Source: Dimorphilus gyrociliatus (taxonomy: Eukaryota > Animalia > Annelida). Taken from it: a stretch of DNA of 56,443 nucleotides. Below, one piece after another: positions 1 through 12,460 of the stretch (position 1 is its first letter; each line of letters begins with the position of its first letter). The stretch lies in assembly GCA_904063045.1 (NCBI GenBank), contig CAJFCJ010000106.1, forward strand, positions 60,472 through 116,914, in the 5' to 3' direction. Under the pieces are notes generated by a model. The model worked only from the letters and a program-made list of their open reading frames with translations. It was not told the DNA's origin and ran no database searches. The position numbers were made by a program, and so were the translations under genes.

Positions 1-19
1 AAAATTTACTTTTACACAA

Positions 20-440
20 AAATTGTTCATATTCTGTAAAAAGAAACACTGAATGTTCCATTGCCTGGGGATGCACTCAAAGATATGCTAAAGCTCCTTG
101 TCCTGTACACATATTACAAAAAAGTACACTTTTAATGAGTTTCATCTCAGTGTTCTTGTGGTCTGGCACAGTATTATCTTGCTGGAAGATGTACTTCCTC
201 CACATTTTAGCTGATATTTCTTCTGTTACTGGAAGAACATCTTCCCCAATAAAGCAGCTATAATTGCTAGCATTAAGTTTTTTCTTTATCCTCCATACTT
301 TGAACATCGCCTAAGAGGTTATCAGTCAGTAAACCATTACTTCCCCCATGCTCATACAGTATATTTCATCACCTAAAGTCTCTTTCACCATCATTTGGCC
401 ATAATCTTGAACTCATCTGACCCACTCAGCGAGAAAAACA
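20..440 (-). mobile_element. Degenerate Tc1/mariner transposase remnant
   Basis: ORF 77-307 (FKVWRIKKKLNASNY...YIFQQDN) matches the transposase at 28999-29550. Further eroded similarity runs to ~440. Boundaries approximate. Confidence 0.8.
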
Positions 441-1132
441 GATGTTGCTGTTGCTCATAATTCTCCTACTTCTTGTAAACTGTATAAATGTTAAAAGTGA
501 AAATGTTCGGAGAATCTTTTTGCAGTAGATGGTGTTGTTGCAGTTTCCATTTCATCTTCAATTGCAGATTGTTGAGGGATATCGTTGTTTCTTGCTGTTT
601 CTTCAATTATGTTTGAAGCATGGCAGTTATTATAAAACTTTAACAATTCCATCTTCCAATTGGTGAATACTTTATCACTTCTTTCTCCGAAGTTTTTCAA
701 ATTCTTTTTTAGTATATTTAAAAAATTTTCTTGTTCATCACATCAGTATTAATCCCTTCCCATCATTTACCAATTCATCAATTGAACTAATTTCAATTTA
801 GGTTGATAAATTAATAGATTAATCAACTGTAATAATAAAGTTAAAAAATGTAGTAGATATTCTGAGCTTATACTTCAAAGCAAGGAACTAGAAATCTAAG
901 CTAGCCACTATTAAAATTTGTGTCAGGTGCGCACAATAAAATGTACAAACTGGTACTTGTGAGACAGCAAAGGAAAACTAAAGGTTGAAAAAGACTTTTA
1001 CCAATACATGGTGGTGTAGAGAGAAAGTGCAGGGTAAATACCAAAGGAAGGCAACCACCAGTGACATTGAAGACGACTGCCAACAAGAGTTAAGGTAAAA
1101 ACATTAATTTGTATAAAAACACAAAATATTTG

Positions 1133-4100
1133 TTAAGTTTCAAACGGTTTATTTTGAAAAAATACAAGTTTAAAATTTTTATAATTTGATTTTAAATTCC
1201 CAGATTTAAACATTAATTTTTTTGATGAAAATGATTTTTGTAATATTTTTCTTAATGTATCTCCAAAGGCAAAGATATCTTGCATTTCAACTCTGTCTTC
1301 AAATCTGTAGATTCTATTTATCAATAATGAACACTGTTTTTTTTCTTTCTCTAAATCCTTTTGTAAGAGAAAATTGATAAAAATTATTTGAGAGATGGAA
1401 AATGTCCCCAAATGTTTGGATTTATTAAAAGCCTACAAAGTTTTTGTGTAGGTTTAAATCTTTTTCATAAGTGATATAAATCCGCTAAATACAATTAAAA
1501 TTAGCTGCTGTATTCATCAAAACCACTTTTTTTAAACTTAAAAAATGTTGCCTTCAAATATATCATTTAGGGACATTCTATTTGAATTCTGAAAACTCAC
1601 ATTACATATTATTGTGTTAAATGATATATTTCCTTTGCATGATAAATGGAAATTATGACAAAAAGCAATTGCTGTTATTATAGATTTTGATATAATCAAA
1701 ATATTGTTAACATTGAATATATATGGATTAGTTTTAAAAAGATCAAGAATATTTGGAGATGTATGATCAAATGAAAGAAAATAACTGTGAATACCATTTA
1801 CAAATTTACAATCTGTTTTTAATTATTAATACAAAATTGAAAAATTTGAAATGAAAAATATTTTACTTCTTTCCAGATATTCTTCTTTTAGGGATTGTAG
1901 TTTTTTCTCACTGTGAATTTTAGTTATAAAATAATTCTTGTTGTTATTAAGCCTATATTTCTATGACAAACATTGTTTGTTTTTTTATCCTTTTAGAATT
2001 TTTCAAATGGTTCCTGTAATCATTTAAAGTGTACAAAAATGGATTTATAACTGAATTGATTGGTAGATTAAAAATAACAAGTGCAGTATAAATTTCATTT
2101 GAAACAATTAATTCAAAAAAAGTTGAGTATATTCCTGTAAAAAGAAGATAAATTAGCAAAAAAGAACAATATAAAGAAGACATTTAAAATACCTAAAAGT
2201 GAAATTGGCAGCCAACATAAAATGTTTGTTACAACAACTAAAAATGATCTAATTTTAAATCTTGTTTGTTGTTGTTTAAACACATTTTTTTTAACAAGAC
2301 TTTTAGATTCTAAAGTTCTTTTCCATATTTTATAATACAATAGAAAAATTACAAAACATACCAATCCAACAAAACATCCAAAAAATATAAATGAATAGAA
2401 CCATCCTTCCTTCTTAATACTAGAGATATGTAATGTAAAACAAACTGAACTTTTAGAGTAGTAATCCTAGTTAATATTTCATAAAAAATATTATTTTATT
2501 GTTTTTTTTTTAGAATGATAAATTATTTTAATACATTATATATGAACAGTGGAAGAATGGAAGAAACAAGTGACCAGAGCCAAATGAAGATTAAAAAACT
2601 CACTAATGAGTAAGATTTAAAAACTTTTTTCAATGGATAAATAATTACTTGAAATCTTTCAATTGTTATAAATAATATGCTCAATGTAGATAATTGAATT
2701 GAAAAACTTGCAAAACATCCAATTAATGAACATATTGAACTATTTCTCCATTTAAAATCATTTTCCACATATTGTCCTCTAAACATTATATCAACTATTC
2801 CAATAGAAATGAAATATATTGAAATATTCAAATCTGCACATATCAGACTTAGAAGAAGGAAATTTTTTTGCTTTTTTGAAAACATAACATAAAATATCAA
2901 TGAAGAAAAATTTTCAATAAATGATGTCACATTTATAATCCATAAAATTGCACGTCTTAACTTTGATTGTAACAAATCAGCACATGAATTAAATAATGAT
3001 TTGTTGGGTTTACAATGTTTAATTCGATTTGAATATTTCCATGAAAAACAACATAATTCAAAATATTCACTTGATAAGTTTACTAACTTTCTTAAATGTT
3101 GAATAATAAATTTACCATTTTTCATGTTAATCAAAGATTTTTCCAGTAAAAAAGATTTCAATGACACTAAATGTGAAAAACAGTTGTGTTCAATCTGTTT
3201 AATTTGACATTTGCTCATGTCAAGGTATACAAGTTTTCTACAGTTTCTAAAAAGGTCAAATGTTAATGTAGATAAATTAGTTTTAGATAGAATAAGCTTT
3301 CTTAAATTTGAAAAAAGGGAAAATGAAAAATCTCCCAAAATAATAACATTGTCATAAAGATTTAAAATTTGAATTTTAGTAAAAGAAGTTCTTGGTAATT
3401 TATTTAAATGTATTAAGTTATTTTTTTGAATAGTCAAAAAGAATACATTGGGAAAAGTATTTGCAATTTCTTTGATATTTATACTACTTATAGTTATTGT
3501 TAAATAAGTTACAGTTACATATTGATGTTTAAAAAACTTTTTAAAATTTAATTTGAATCTTGAAATATTCACATTCTTCCAAAAATAGATTTCACTGTTT
3601 ATCAACCAATTGGAAATTGTGTACTTGAAATTACAATTTAAATTATAGAAAGACTGACAAATACAATTTTTTGGACATTCTTTAAAACTGTTGCAGTACA
3701 GTTCATCACTTCCTTGAAGACAATCTACAATTCCATTGCATGTTTCTGAAAGGTCAATATAAAATTTCTCATTTCTACATTTAAAAAATCCTTTTGGTTG
3801 GAAAAATTCTGTGTTTTTTTTTTTATTCAATGATTATCTTTTGATATGAAAATAATTTATCAACTAACCACAATGGCTTTCATCATCATATTCAGGACAA
3901 TGAATAATGCCATCACAAACTTGTTTAATTGAAATACAATAAGTATTTGTCTTGCAGAGATATTCACCTTTGTTACACTTTTGTAGATGACAGTCATATA
4001 ATTGAAGATATGGATAATGAACTTTTGTCAGTAGATTTCCCATTGAGTCATATTTTACATGACAATTTTGTTTAAGACTTTCTAAGCCACTAATTTCATC

Positions 4101-7100
4101 ACATAATTCATTTGTGAATAGAGCTGGTCGTTTGTTAATGCAGTATTCTAGATCTTCATCACTTATATCATTACAGTCCTTTTGAAAATCACATACTTTT
4201 TCCATGGGAATACATTTGTTGTCACAAAGAAATAGATCTTTATTATTGCAGTCTATATTAAAGAAAAAGTGATAGTGACTTAAATGCAGATAAAAACTTT
4301 AAATAATCTTACACTTGTCAGCAGTATTTGAACAAATTTCATCAGTTGCATCAAAACAGTTTATTTCTCCATTGCAGTGTTGATTTTTGTCAATACACTG
4401 TTGATTTGTGCATCTTGAAATAAAAATCGCATTGTATTTTTCACAATAAAAAAAAATGTTTAAGATTTATTTCTTTTTCTTATAAAACCTTTGATTTGAA
4501 GGACAATACTGCCAATCTAAAATCAAATTAAAAGTATTATTTAAGAGAGATTTTCAACTGCTCAATTTCTTACAGCAGTCTTTTTCATCTTCCATATTTG
4601 GACAATCAGGAATATGATCACAAACTTGTTTATAATTTATATATTGTTCATTATTACAATAGAAATTATTGTAATTAGAGCAATTTTCTTCATCTTCCCC
4701 TGAGAAACAATCACTTTTACCATCACATAGATTGATGGTATTAATAAAGATTGAATCCTTTAAGCATAAAAATATGTTTTTTAAAAGAGTATCATTTGAT
4801 GAAGGTACAATTGATAATTGTTCATTATGTAATTGTTTACTGTAGTATTTGCTTTCAACTTTAAAAATAGAATAAAGTTTTGGTATTACAAAAATGTTTA
4901 TTTTATACAAAAGTAACTTGAATAGTACAAATGTATTCTTTGTAAGCCTAGCATTTGTTCAATAAAACAATGATATCTAATTAAATTTTTTCATATTGTC
5001 AGAAGGAAAATCTCTCTTAAATTTTCTGTAAAATATCTAAGAACATTGTCCTATCCAGTCACTTTTGTACAGTATAGTATGACATTTTTTTTAAGTATAT
5101 GAAATCATTTACTTGCTAAATCTATACATGAAATTGTTGAAATTTGAACAGTTTGGCATTCTGCTGATTCAGTTTCGTACGGTTTAGAAGTTAAGCGCTT
5201 TGTTTCAGAGATGCTTTGAAGGTCGTATATGTTAAATGATTGCAATGTTCTTGAATTTTTGTATATGAAACAAAGGGATAACTTTGAAGGTGAATTCAGT
5301 TTTGGATCTAGTTGAAAAAATGCCTGACATACATCCATATAACTGAAAAATTGCATTTGATCAATAACTTGAATGGTGAAAAGAGAATTTGCTTATTATA
5401 TACTTGTAATAATTATTCATAAATGATGTAAAATCATAGGGTATATTATTTAAGTGAACAGTTGTTGTTCTATTTCTTCTGTCTTTTATCAATTTCATTC
5501 CTATTAATGAAAATATTTATAAAACAACCAAATAGATAAAAATTGGTACAAGAATTATATTCATACTTCCTGGTAACATAAACTTGTATTTAAGCATTGC
5601 AGGTGAACTTCCAAATTGACTTATTAAGGATTGTAATCTTATATTTTCCAATAACCATAAGAACTCATAACTTTCAAATGATATATATGTCATAGTACTA
5701 TTTCTTTCATTGCAAAACTTTTCATTGTTTTGAATTGATAGTTTTCTTTTAAGTTTTAAATATAGATAACATAACTTTTTGTAGAGAAATGTATCTTCAT
5801 TCTGGCAAACTATAGTTTGTGAAGAAATAGTGATTTTTCTATCTGTAATAATGCCTAGCTAGCATTACCTACTCCATTATTGCTACATTCAATAAATAAA
5901 GCTGATCTTCCAAAAAATTCCACTGTTTCCTTTATTTTGGTATGAAATATTGCAATTAGATCATCATTCATTATTTCGAAAGAACAAGGTGACTGTTCAA
6001 AGGATTTTGAACAATACATTTTTGCATTATAGAACTTTGTAATAGTAATATTATTTAAAAAACCATAAAGGCTTCCATACTTAAAACCAAAAGTACGGCA
6101 TAAATTCATTATATTTTTAAATTTGAAAGATTCAAAAGTTGGTTGAAACCAACTATTTTTATAAAATATTTGTAAATTCCCAATAAAATGAGTATAATTA
6201 TGATTTTGTCCAAAGTTTAGAATATTCCCCATGGTGTTGAAAAGTCTATATTGAAATTCTGTAGCACAATGTTCAGATAATTATTTATTAATTAATTGCA
6301 TTTTTCCCTACTAAGGGAACCAAACCTGTAAAGTTATTTTTCTCACATGTTAGGTATAATACAAAGGCATTATGAAGTTTAAAATATAGTTTACAAGATG
6401 AGATGCCATTCAAAGTCATATTACATTCACTTATGTAGTATAGGTGTTTTAGCTTAATCTGATATTCCTTGTCATGGCATAGCTCTTCAGCAAACTTTGA
6501 TGTTATTTATTCTTTACTTAAGACTATATATATATATTTTGATAAGATGAATAATCACCACATCTCCCAGATTATACACTTGAAATATTGGATTGAGAAT
6601 TCCATTTTGATTCATACATACAGACATGGCAAGTTTTTCCCAATTCTGATTAAAATCAACCAATAATGGTGTAATACCCAATGTTTTTGAATTTATTACA
6701 AATGGTGTAGTAGAAGTTATAATATTCTTAAAAAATGTATTTTTCAAATAATTTGGTGCTCTTTCTATTATATAATCTATACAATTGAACAGAGAAATTA
6801 CAAAGAATTATCACTATTTTTTATCACTAATTTTTTTTCTTGAAGTTTATTACCCATTATCTCACTAACACTGCATGTAAAGTCTGTATAATTATTGAAA
6901 ATATATTGATTTCTTCTATTTTTTCTTTTCAAACCAACAGTATAATTATTGAAAATAACAGCAAAGTAATCTTTGGCACCATCAATTTGTTTAGTAGAAT
7001 AGAATTGTAATTTGGGACACCATTTATATTTTAGTTCTTCTTTCTCCAGATATAATTTAAATGATTTCTTTTGTTTTCTCAAATAGACAAATTGTTGTTC

Positions 7101-7813
7101 TTCAGTGTCAATTTGATATCTATATGATTGCACACCAGCAAACATAACTGTATTTTATACGAGAAATTAAAGTAATTTGAGAAAGAGATAGATTCTCAAA
7201 ACAAAAAAACTTACATGGTTCAGTATACTTGTAACATTTTAAACAGATAAGATTTGTTCTACTTTCTAAATATTTAACTTTATATCTATAGAATTTGTTT
7301 GATTTAAAATGTATTTTATGAGAAATTCAGAGTAAAGCTATAGAAATTTTTACACACATTTTCAGAATTTTCTTGTTCTGAAGTAGATAAGCAGTGGAAT
7401 TAAGTCCTGTAAAGATAAAAAAAAAGTATTGTTTCTAATTCCATTATCTATCATTTTTGTTCTATCATTTTATCAATAACCAACTTACCTTGATACCTAC
7501 AAATTTTTGTCATACTATGTATACCATCATAATCCATCCATTGGCAAATATCATGCAAAGGGTTTTCTAAAATTTCAAGTGAATGTCCAATTATTTCTGT
7601 TTGATTTTCAAATATTAATTTTAAAATTCCATAAATGGAAATATTATCTTCCTGAAGGGACTGTATAAAAAATTTTGTGTTTTTTTCATTGAGAATATTT
7701 TTTGCAAAAATTTGTCTATTTTCACATCTTTCAGCAGAAGAAAATCTTAAGAATTGAATGGTAAAAATACATAAATAGAGAAAGCAACTTGTGTAGAAAT
7801 ATAAAAGAACCAT
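1133..7813 (-). CDS. GRL101/LGR-like receptor paralogue 1 (multi-exon): SP, SRCR-like, C-type lectin, LDLa repeats, LRR, 7TM, plus putative pseudokinase exons
   Basis: ATG 7813 with hydrophobic leader. SRCR-like exon 5855-6232 (GNLQIFYKNSW...NLCRTFGF). CTL-like ~5590-5815 (LCYLY...EKFCNERN). LDLa motifs (CDG..DC..GEDE) at 3864-4910. LDLa+LRR+TM1-4 in ORF 2523-3830 (ERF). TM6/TM7 joined by a ~60 nt GT-AG intron (CWLPISLL|GIYS...LPINSVINPFLY). The TM7 frame stops at 1953; downstream exons 1867-1952, 1601-1812 and 1133-1357 are kinase-like. Exact exon model incomplete. Confidence 0.85.
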
Positions 7814-8270
7814 AATTTTGTAAAAATGTACGATAATTGTATAATTTTTTATTTTATATAAATGTAAATGAGATGAGAGAAAATTACTGAATTTCCTTTA
7901 ATTAGAATATTCAAGATATCAAATTTGGTTTTTTATAGAGAAAATAATATAGAGAATTAAATATAGATTTTTGATGTATCTGATTCAGACCAGGAATCAG
8001 TCATTATTATAGATTGATCTGAAGAAGAGACTGACACCACATCTGAAACATTGAGTAGTTTAAAAAGCTACCTTTTATTATAGCAGAGGTGAATGGATTT
8101 ATTGTATCAAAATAGTGAATAAAAAATAGAAACTCTTTTATGAAAGTTGTGCTCTTTTTGTAAAAAGACAAATTGAGCTTTTGGGCTTTCATTTTTTCTT
8201 TGTCATTGCATCCATAAGTTCTGTGAACAATAAAAGTTCTATTATCTTACTTTGACTTGAATATTCCATT

Positions 8271-8750
8271 TTGTCAGAAAAATTATTAGATCAGGGATAT
8301 TTTAAAATTAATGCCTTCAATATACTCAATTCAAAAGATCATACAGAATTATATTATACATTAGCCATATATTTCCGAGTACCAAAACGCATTGTTGAAT
8401 ATAAAGTTGGAGAATATCATCAGTTTTTTCTTCCTTCTGATTCATATCTAAAAAATTTGGATATTACTGAAGATATATTCACATTTCTATCTGAAATTGG
8501 ATTTCTTTTAGCATGGCATGCAAAACTTCCACCAAATAAGATCAAGTTATTTTTGGATAAATTGTCAAAAAAGTATGGTGAAAACTGGTTAAGTTATCTA
8601 GATCCTTTCGGTATGCTGGGTATTCAAAAATACAAAATGGCTGCAAAAGTTAATAGTAGATTGGCAAATTCATTTTTAAGTATGAACTTCATATTCCTAT
8701 ACAAAAAAGTGTCTCTTAATAAACTCTTCTTTTTCAAATTTAGATGTTAA
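8271..8750 (+). CDS. Unknown 159-aa ORF or exon, weak death-fold-like resemblance
   Basis: Long open frame for such AT-rich DNA; no ATG start (possible acceptor near 8277). Helical pattern LAIYFRVPKRIVEY...FLLAWHAKLPPNKIKLFLDKL. Similarity is impressionistic only. Confidence 0.3.
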   Translation: MSEKLLDQGYFKINAFNILNSKDHTELYYTLAIYFRVPKRIVEYKVGEYHQFFLPSDSYLKNLDITEDIFTFLSEIGFLLAWHAKLPPNKIKLFLDKLSKKYGENWLSYLDPFGMLGIQKYKMAAKVNSRLANSFLSMNFIFLYKKVSLNKLFFFKFRC

Positions 8751-9074
8751 GAATGATGAAGAATTATTGACCAATACAAATATTGTTAATAGGCCTATAT
8801 TTAGAAATATATTAATGAATATAAGATATATCATTCTAAAAGTTATTCCCATGATTTGGAAATATTCAAACAAACTTGGCAGACAACCGAAATTTTTGAT
8901 CATTTCAATGCTTTTTTTAACTTATTAGGAATTAGATCTATTCAAAACTCAAGATTTGTCCATCAATTTTGAAAATAAAATACAGAAATTTCAAAATTGG
9001 TTGACTAATAAGTACAATTTTTTTTGTCATTTAATTTATTTTGACTCAAGACAAGACAAAAATTTCTATTCAAT

Positions 9075-10157
9075 TCATTTTTTCAGAGAGCTATTTGTTT
9101 GAATACGTTTTTTACAACCAATCAATTTAAATAATTCATTCCTAAATGTTTCGCCGCATGCACAGTAAAATATAAAATTGATCACGTGATTCAAGCTATT
9201 AAGTATTAATAGAAATTCATAAGTTAGGATTACAATTTCAGATTGATAAAGGTGTGGTGCAAATTTTAAAACATGAATATTAATGACAGAAACTGGAAAT
9301 GTTGTGATAATAAATGATGTTGATAGTAGAAGAGTTAAGGTAGTTAGTTTCTTTGTTGTTCTTTTAAGTTTAGTATCATTAGTATGAGTAGTTTTTTCAG
9401 TCAAATCGTCCATTTTTTTAGTATGAACTTTCAATTTATAAAGAATAAGTATATTTAATATTCCCATACAAATTGATGGAAATATTGAATAAATCACATT
9501 GTAATTGAGGTAAAAGTAATTGTCAAGAAAATCATTGACACCTGGATCATCTGGAGCGCAATGAACTACTGTTGGAGTATATCTAGTAGGTGTTTCTTTC
9601 GCAACCAATTTGACTAAATTCATTCCAATTCCATAGATAATTATACATGCAACTACTATGTTACAAACTTTGAGTGTAGACCAAACTTTTGCCTTTGTAG
9701 GAAATGCAATACACAAAAATCTATCAAAAGTTATAGCTATAAGTGTTAAAGATGAAATTTGAGCGAAAGAAAAGTAAATGAATCTATAAATTTTACAATC
9801 AACCCAAAGAGCAACTGTCTCATCAACAATTCTTACATTTAGAAAATATACACCTCTAATCACATTACCAACTATTACCATGAGATCAGCAAATGTGACA
9901 ATTAGCATGTACCTGAAAAAGGTAGTTTTCCATAGACTACCTTTTATTATTGTAATTATTGATATCAGATTAAATGGAATTCCAAAAATAATACCAACTG
10001 ATAAATAAATTATTGGTGTTATTAGTATTGCAAATTTCTCTATAATAGTAAAATTATAAATAGTGCTGTTACTGTTTTTGGTGTCAAAATCATTAGGATC
10101 CAATGTCACATTCATCATCTTTGTCTTTCTTCTTGTACAAGTATTTTTCATGTACAA
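9075..10157 (-). CDS. Intronless class A peptide-type GPCR (FMRFamide/TRH-receptor-like)
   Basis: 360-aa ORF with 7 hydrophobic segments, N-glycosylation sites at the N terminus, TM2 ADL, TM3 DRF, TM6 FP, TM7 NHVINFIFY. Confidence 0.92.
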   Translation of the reverse strand: MYMKNTCTRRKTKMMNVTLDPNDFDTKNSNSTIYNFTIIEKFAILITPIIYLSVGIIFGIPFNLISIITIIKGSLWKTTFFRYMLIVTFADLMVIVGNVIRGVYFLNVRIVDETVALWVDCKIYRFIYFSFAQISSLTLIAITFDRFLCIAFPTKAKVWSTLKVCNIVVACIIIYGIGMNLVKLVAKETPTRYTPTVVHCAPDDPGVNDFLDNYFYLNYNVIYSIFPSICMGILNILILYKLKVHTKKMDDLTEKTTHTNDTKLKRTTKKLTTLTLLLSTSFIITTFPVSVINIHVLKFAPHLYQSEIVILTYEFLLILNSLNHVINFIFYCACGETFRNELFKLIGCKKRIQTNSSLKK

Positions 10158-10546
10158 TTACTAAAAAACAGTATTCTCTTTTATATAATTTTAAGGTTGA
10201 AGATAAGATGAAACTAATTGGCAAAAGTAACCGTACTAATTGCGATAGTTATCCAATTATTTTATTTGTTTGCAGTACATTTTTACACAATGAACATGAA
10301 AAGAAACATTAATATCATTAAAAGTTGTGTGTATCTGGTTTAGAGATCAAGGAAACCTTGCTTAAATTACAGAAAAGGCAATAAGAAAGATAAGTGCAAA
10401 GGTTTCTATTTTAATATTTAGTGAGTTATTCTTAATTAGGACAGGCCCAGGAAGGAAAGAGTTTATTCAATTCAGTCCTATTCCATTCAAAATACCCAAA
10501 TCCAATTGTTCACAATCATTCTATAACCCAGAATGTTATTTTCAAA

Positions 10547-11518
10547 TTATACTGTACTCTGAACAGTACGTTTAATAGTAGATACTTTACTGTTTGTAGC
10601 TGAATGGACACTATTAGATTGATTGTATTTAGGAAAGAAGGACTTTATTAGATTTTTCCTAAATGAAACTTGAAATATAATATAAAAAAAAATATTTGTA
10701 GAATTAGTAATGAAAAAAAAATAATGTATAAAAATATTTGATGGTAATACACCAACAAATTCAAATGAAATTGTAAACCAACCCACTAAATAAAAGGAGG
10801 TAACACCAAAAAGCATTGTTACAGTTCTAAAAGTTTTACCAAGACTTTCAGATTCTAAAAATCTCTTTCCATTTTTATCAATTCTAACCTTCTTCTTCAT
10901 ATTTCTTAAATAGATAACTCTATAAATTAGGCCATAGATTGAATACAATAGTATCACAAGTCCAACATAGAGGAATATTATATAAAATTTTTGCAGTTCA
11001 AATAATCTACTAGGTGTAGGAAAACAATTCTTCAATATTCGACCATCATATCTCTTACCAATCGAAATTTCATGTGATGAAGCATTAAGTGAACCACCAA
11101 ACAAACCAACCAAAACAATTACTATTAACATAATTTTTATATGTTTTTCATTCAATTTTTTCAATGGTTTACAAATTGCAAACCATCTTTCAACTGCAAT
11201 GAATATAAAGATAAGACTTGAAATAACTATGATGAACTGGTAGAAAAATTTAGTTATCTTACAAATTGGAACATTTTCAATCAAACCAATTTGTAAGACA
11301 ACACTATAAGGACCGCAAAGTCCACATATTAAAATATCAGCAATTGCCATCAGTTTAATAAAAATATCATTTGGGTTAAAGGTTTTTTTGAACTCGTAGA
11401 AAAATAAGATAAAGAAATTTGAAGGTACACCAACTGCAAAGATAATTGACATATAGATAAAAAATGGAGTAAAAAATTTAAAATCAATGTTATCAGTTGA
11501 AACAGTATAATTCTCCAT
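10547..11518 (-). CDS. Intronless class A GPCR (orphan neuropeptide-receptor-like)
   Basis: 323-aa ORF, 7 TM, TM2 MAIADIL, TM3 ERW.AIC.P, TM7 NSTNIFFY. Confidence 0.9.
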   Translation of the reverse strand: MENYTVSTDNIDFKFFTPFFIYMSIIFAVGVPSNFFILFFYEFKKTFNPNDIFIKLMAIADILICGLCGPYSVVLQIGLIENVPICKITKFFYQFIIVISSLIFIFIAVERWFAICKPLKKLNEKHIKIMLIVIVLVGLFGGSLNASSHEISIGKRYDGRILKNCFPTPSRLFELQKFYIIFLYVGLVILLYSIYGLIYRVIYLRNMKKKVRIDKNGKRFLESESLGKTFRTVTMLFGVTSFYLVGWFTISFEFVGVLPSNIFIHYFFFITNSTNIFFYIIFQVSFRKNLIKSFFPKYNQSNSVHSATNSKVSTIKRTVQSTV

Positions 11519-11654
11519 TTGAAATTACCTGGTGTGTGCTACAGGTTGTTTAATGATATTGAACTTGTCACTCAATATAAGGCAAGAATTCTAAATTAAT
11601 TATGATCTTCCAGTCCAATTGAATTGGAAATTTAATTAAATGAAATTGAAAAAA

Positions 11655-11790
11655 TTGTTTTGAAGGGAGAAAATGTCCTGGTGGCAGGAAAAAACATCCT
11701 AAGGTGGGGGAAAAGTTGTCCTTATTGTTAGAAAAAAATCCTAGGGCTAGGAAAAATTGTCCTAATAGTGAGAAAAAGCCTCCTAGCGTT
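11655..11790. repeat. Short interspersed repeat remnant with recurring gaaaa-tgtcct/atcct motifs
   Basis: Several degenerate copies of (g)gaaaa(a/g)ttgtcct and cctag, typical of eroded non-autonomous DNA elements. No TIR or TSD resolved. Confidence 0.35.
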
Positions 11791-12169
11791 AATATTGGGA
11801 ATATAATAATTAAAAATGAAAACATATCTTGACAAGAAAGCAGGTGAAATGGTACTCACTAGGTAGTATGGATCTTCGGTAGAATATTGAAATATCTTAA
11901 TAAAGAATACCAAACAAATCAGTTTTGGATAAACTTGCTTATTATTCATTATATAGTTTTTCATACTGAACATTTGAAAAAAGGGTCTCCTTCCTCAGAA
12001 AAGTACTGAAACAACTCAAAAAGTTATTGGAGAATTCTCTTTGAAACTATTTCGAAATATAATATTTTCATGTATTGTAATGTAGACTGTCATAAATCAT
12101 TTGTTTTTGGTGAGGTGCGACAGGTTCTCAACTGGACTAAGGTTGGGTCTCTTTGTGGGCCAATTAAAG

Positions 12170-12320
12170 GGATCGACGCCATTCATCTCAAAGGCTCTTT
12201 TAGTTCAGTTAGCATTATCTTGCTGGCAGGTGTACTTCCTCCTCAATTTAGCTCATATCTTTCACATTAAACAGCTTATAATTGTCAGCATTTAGTTTTT
12301 TCTTCATCCTTTAAATTTCA
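12170..12320 (-). mobile_element. Tc1-family transposase remnant
   Basis: gcattatcttgctggcaggtgtac matches the antisense YIFQQDNA region of the element at 29290-29320. Confidence 0.7.
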
Positions 12321-12460
12321 CAAATATGATGATCTTCTCAAATTTAAAAAAAAGCGTCTAATCAACTGTTATCAATTCATTTACAAATAGGATCTACGGA
12401 AATCAACAAATATACAAAGTGTTTATAAATAGTTTACAAACTCTCTGGTTAAGCAGGACT

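Noticed and set aside
8007-8903. Minus-strand 7TM gene from ORFs 8697-8903 and 8007-8192
   Set aside because: Hydrophobic pieces lie in different frames with several stops and no class A motifs; the long open frame is on the plus strand.
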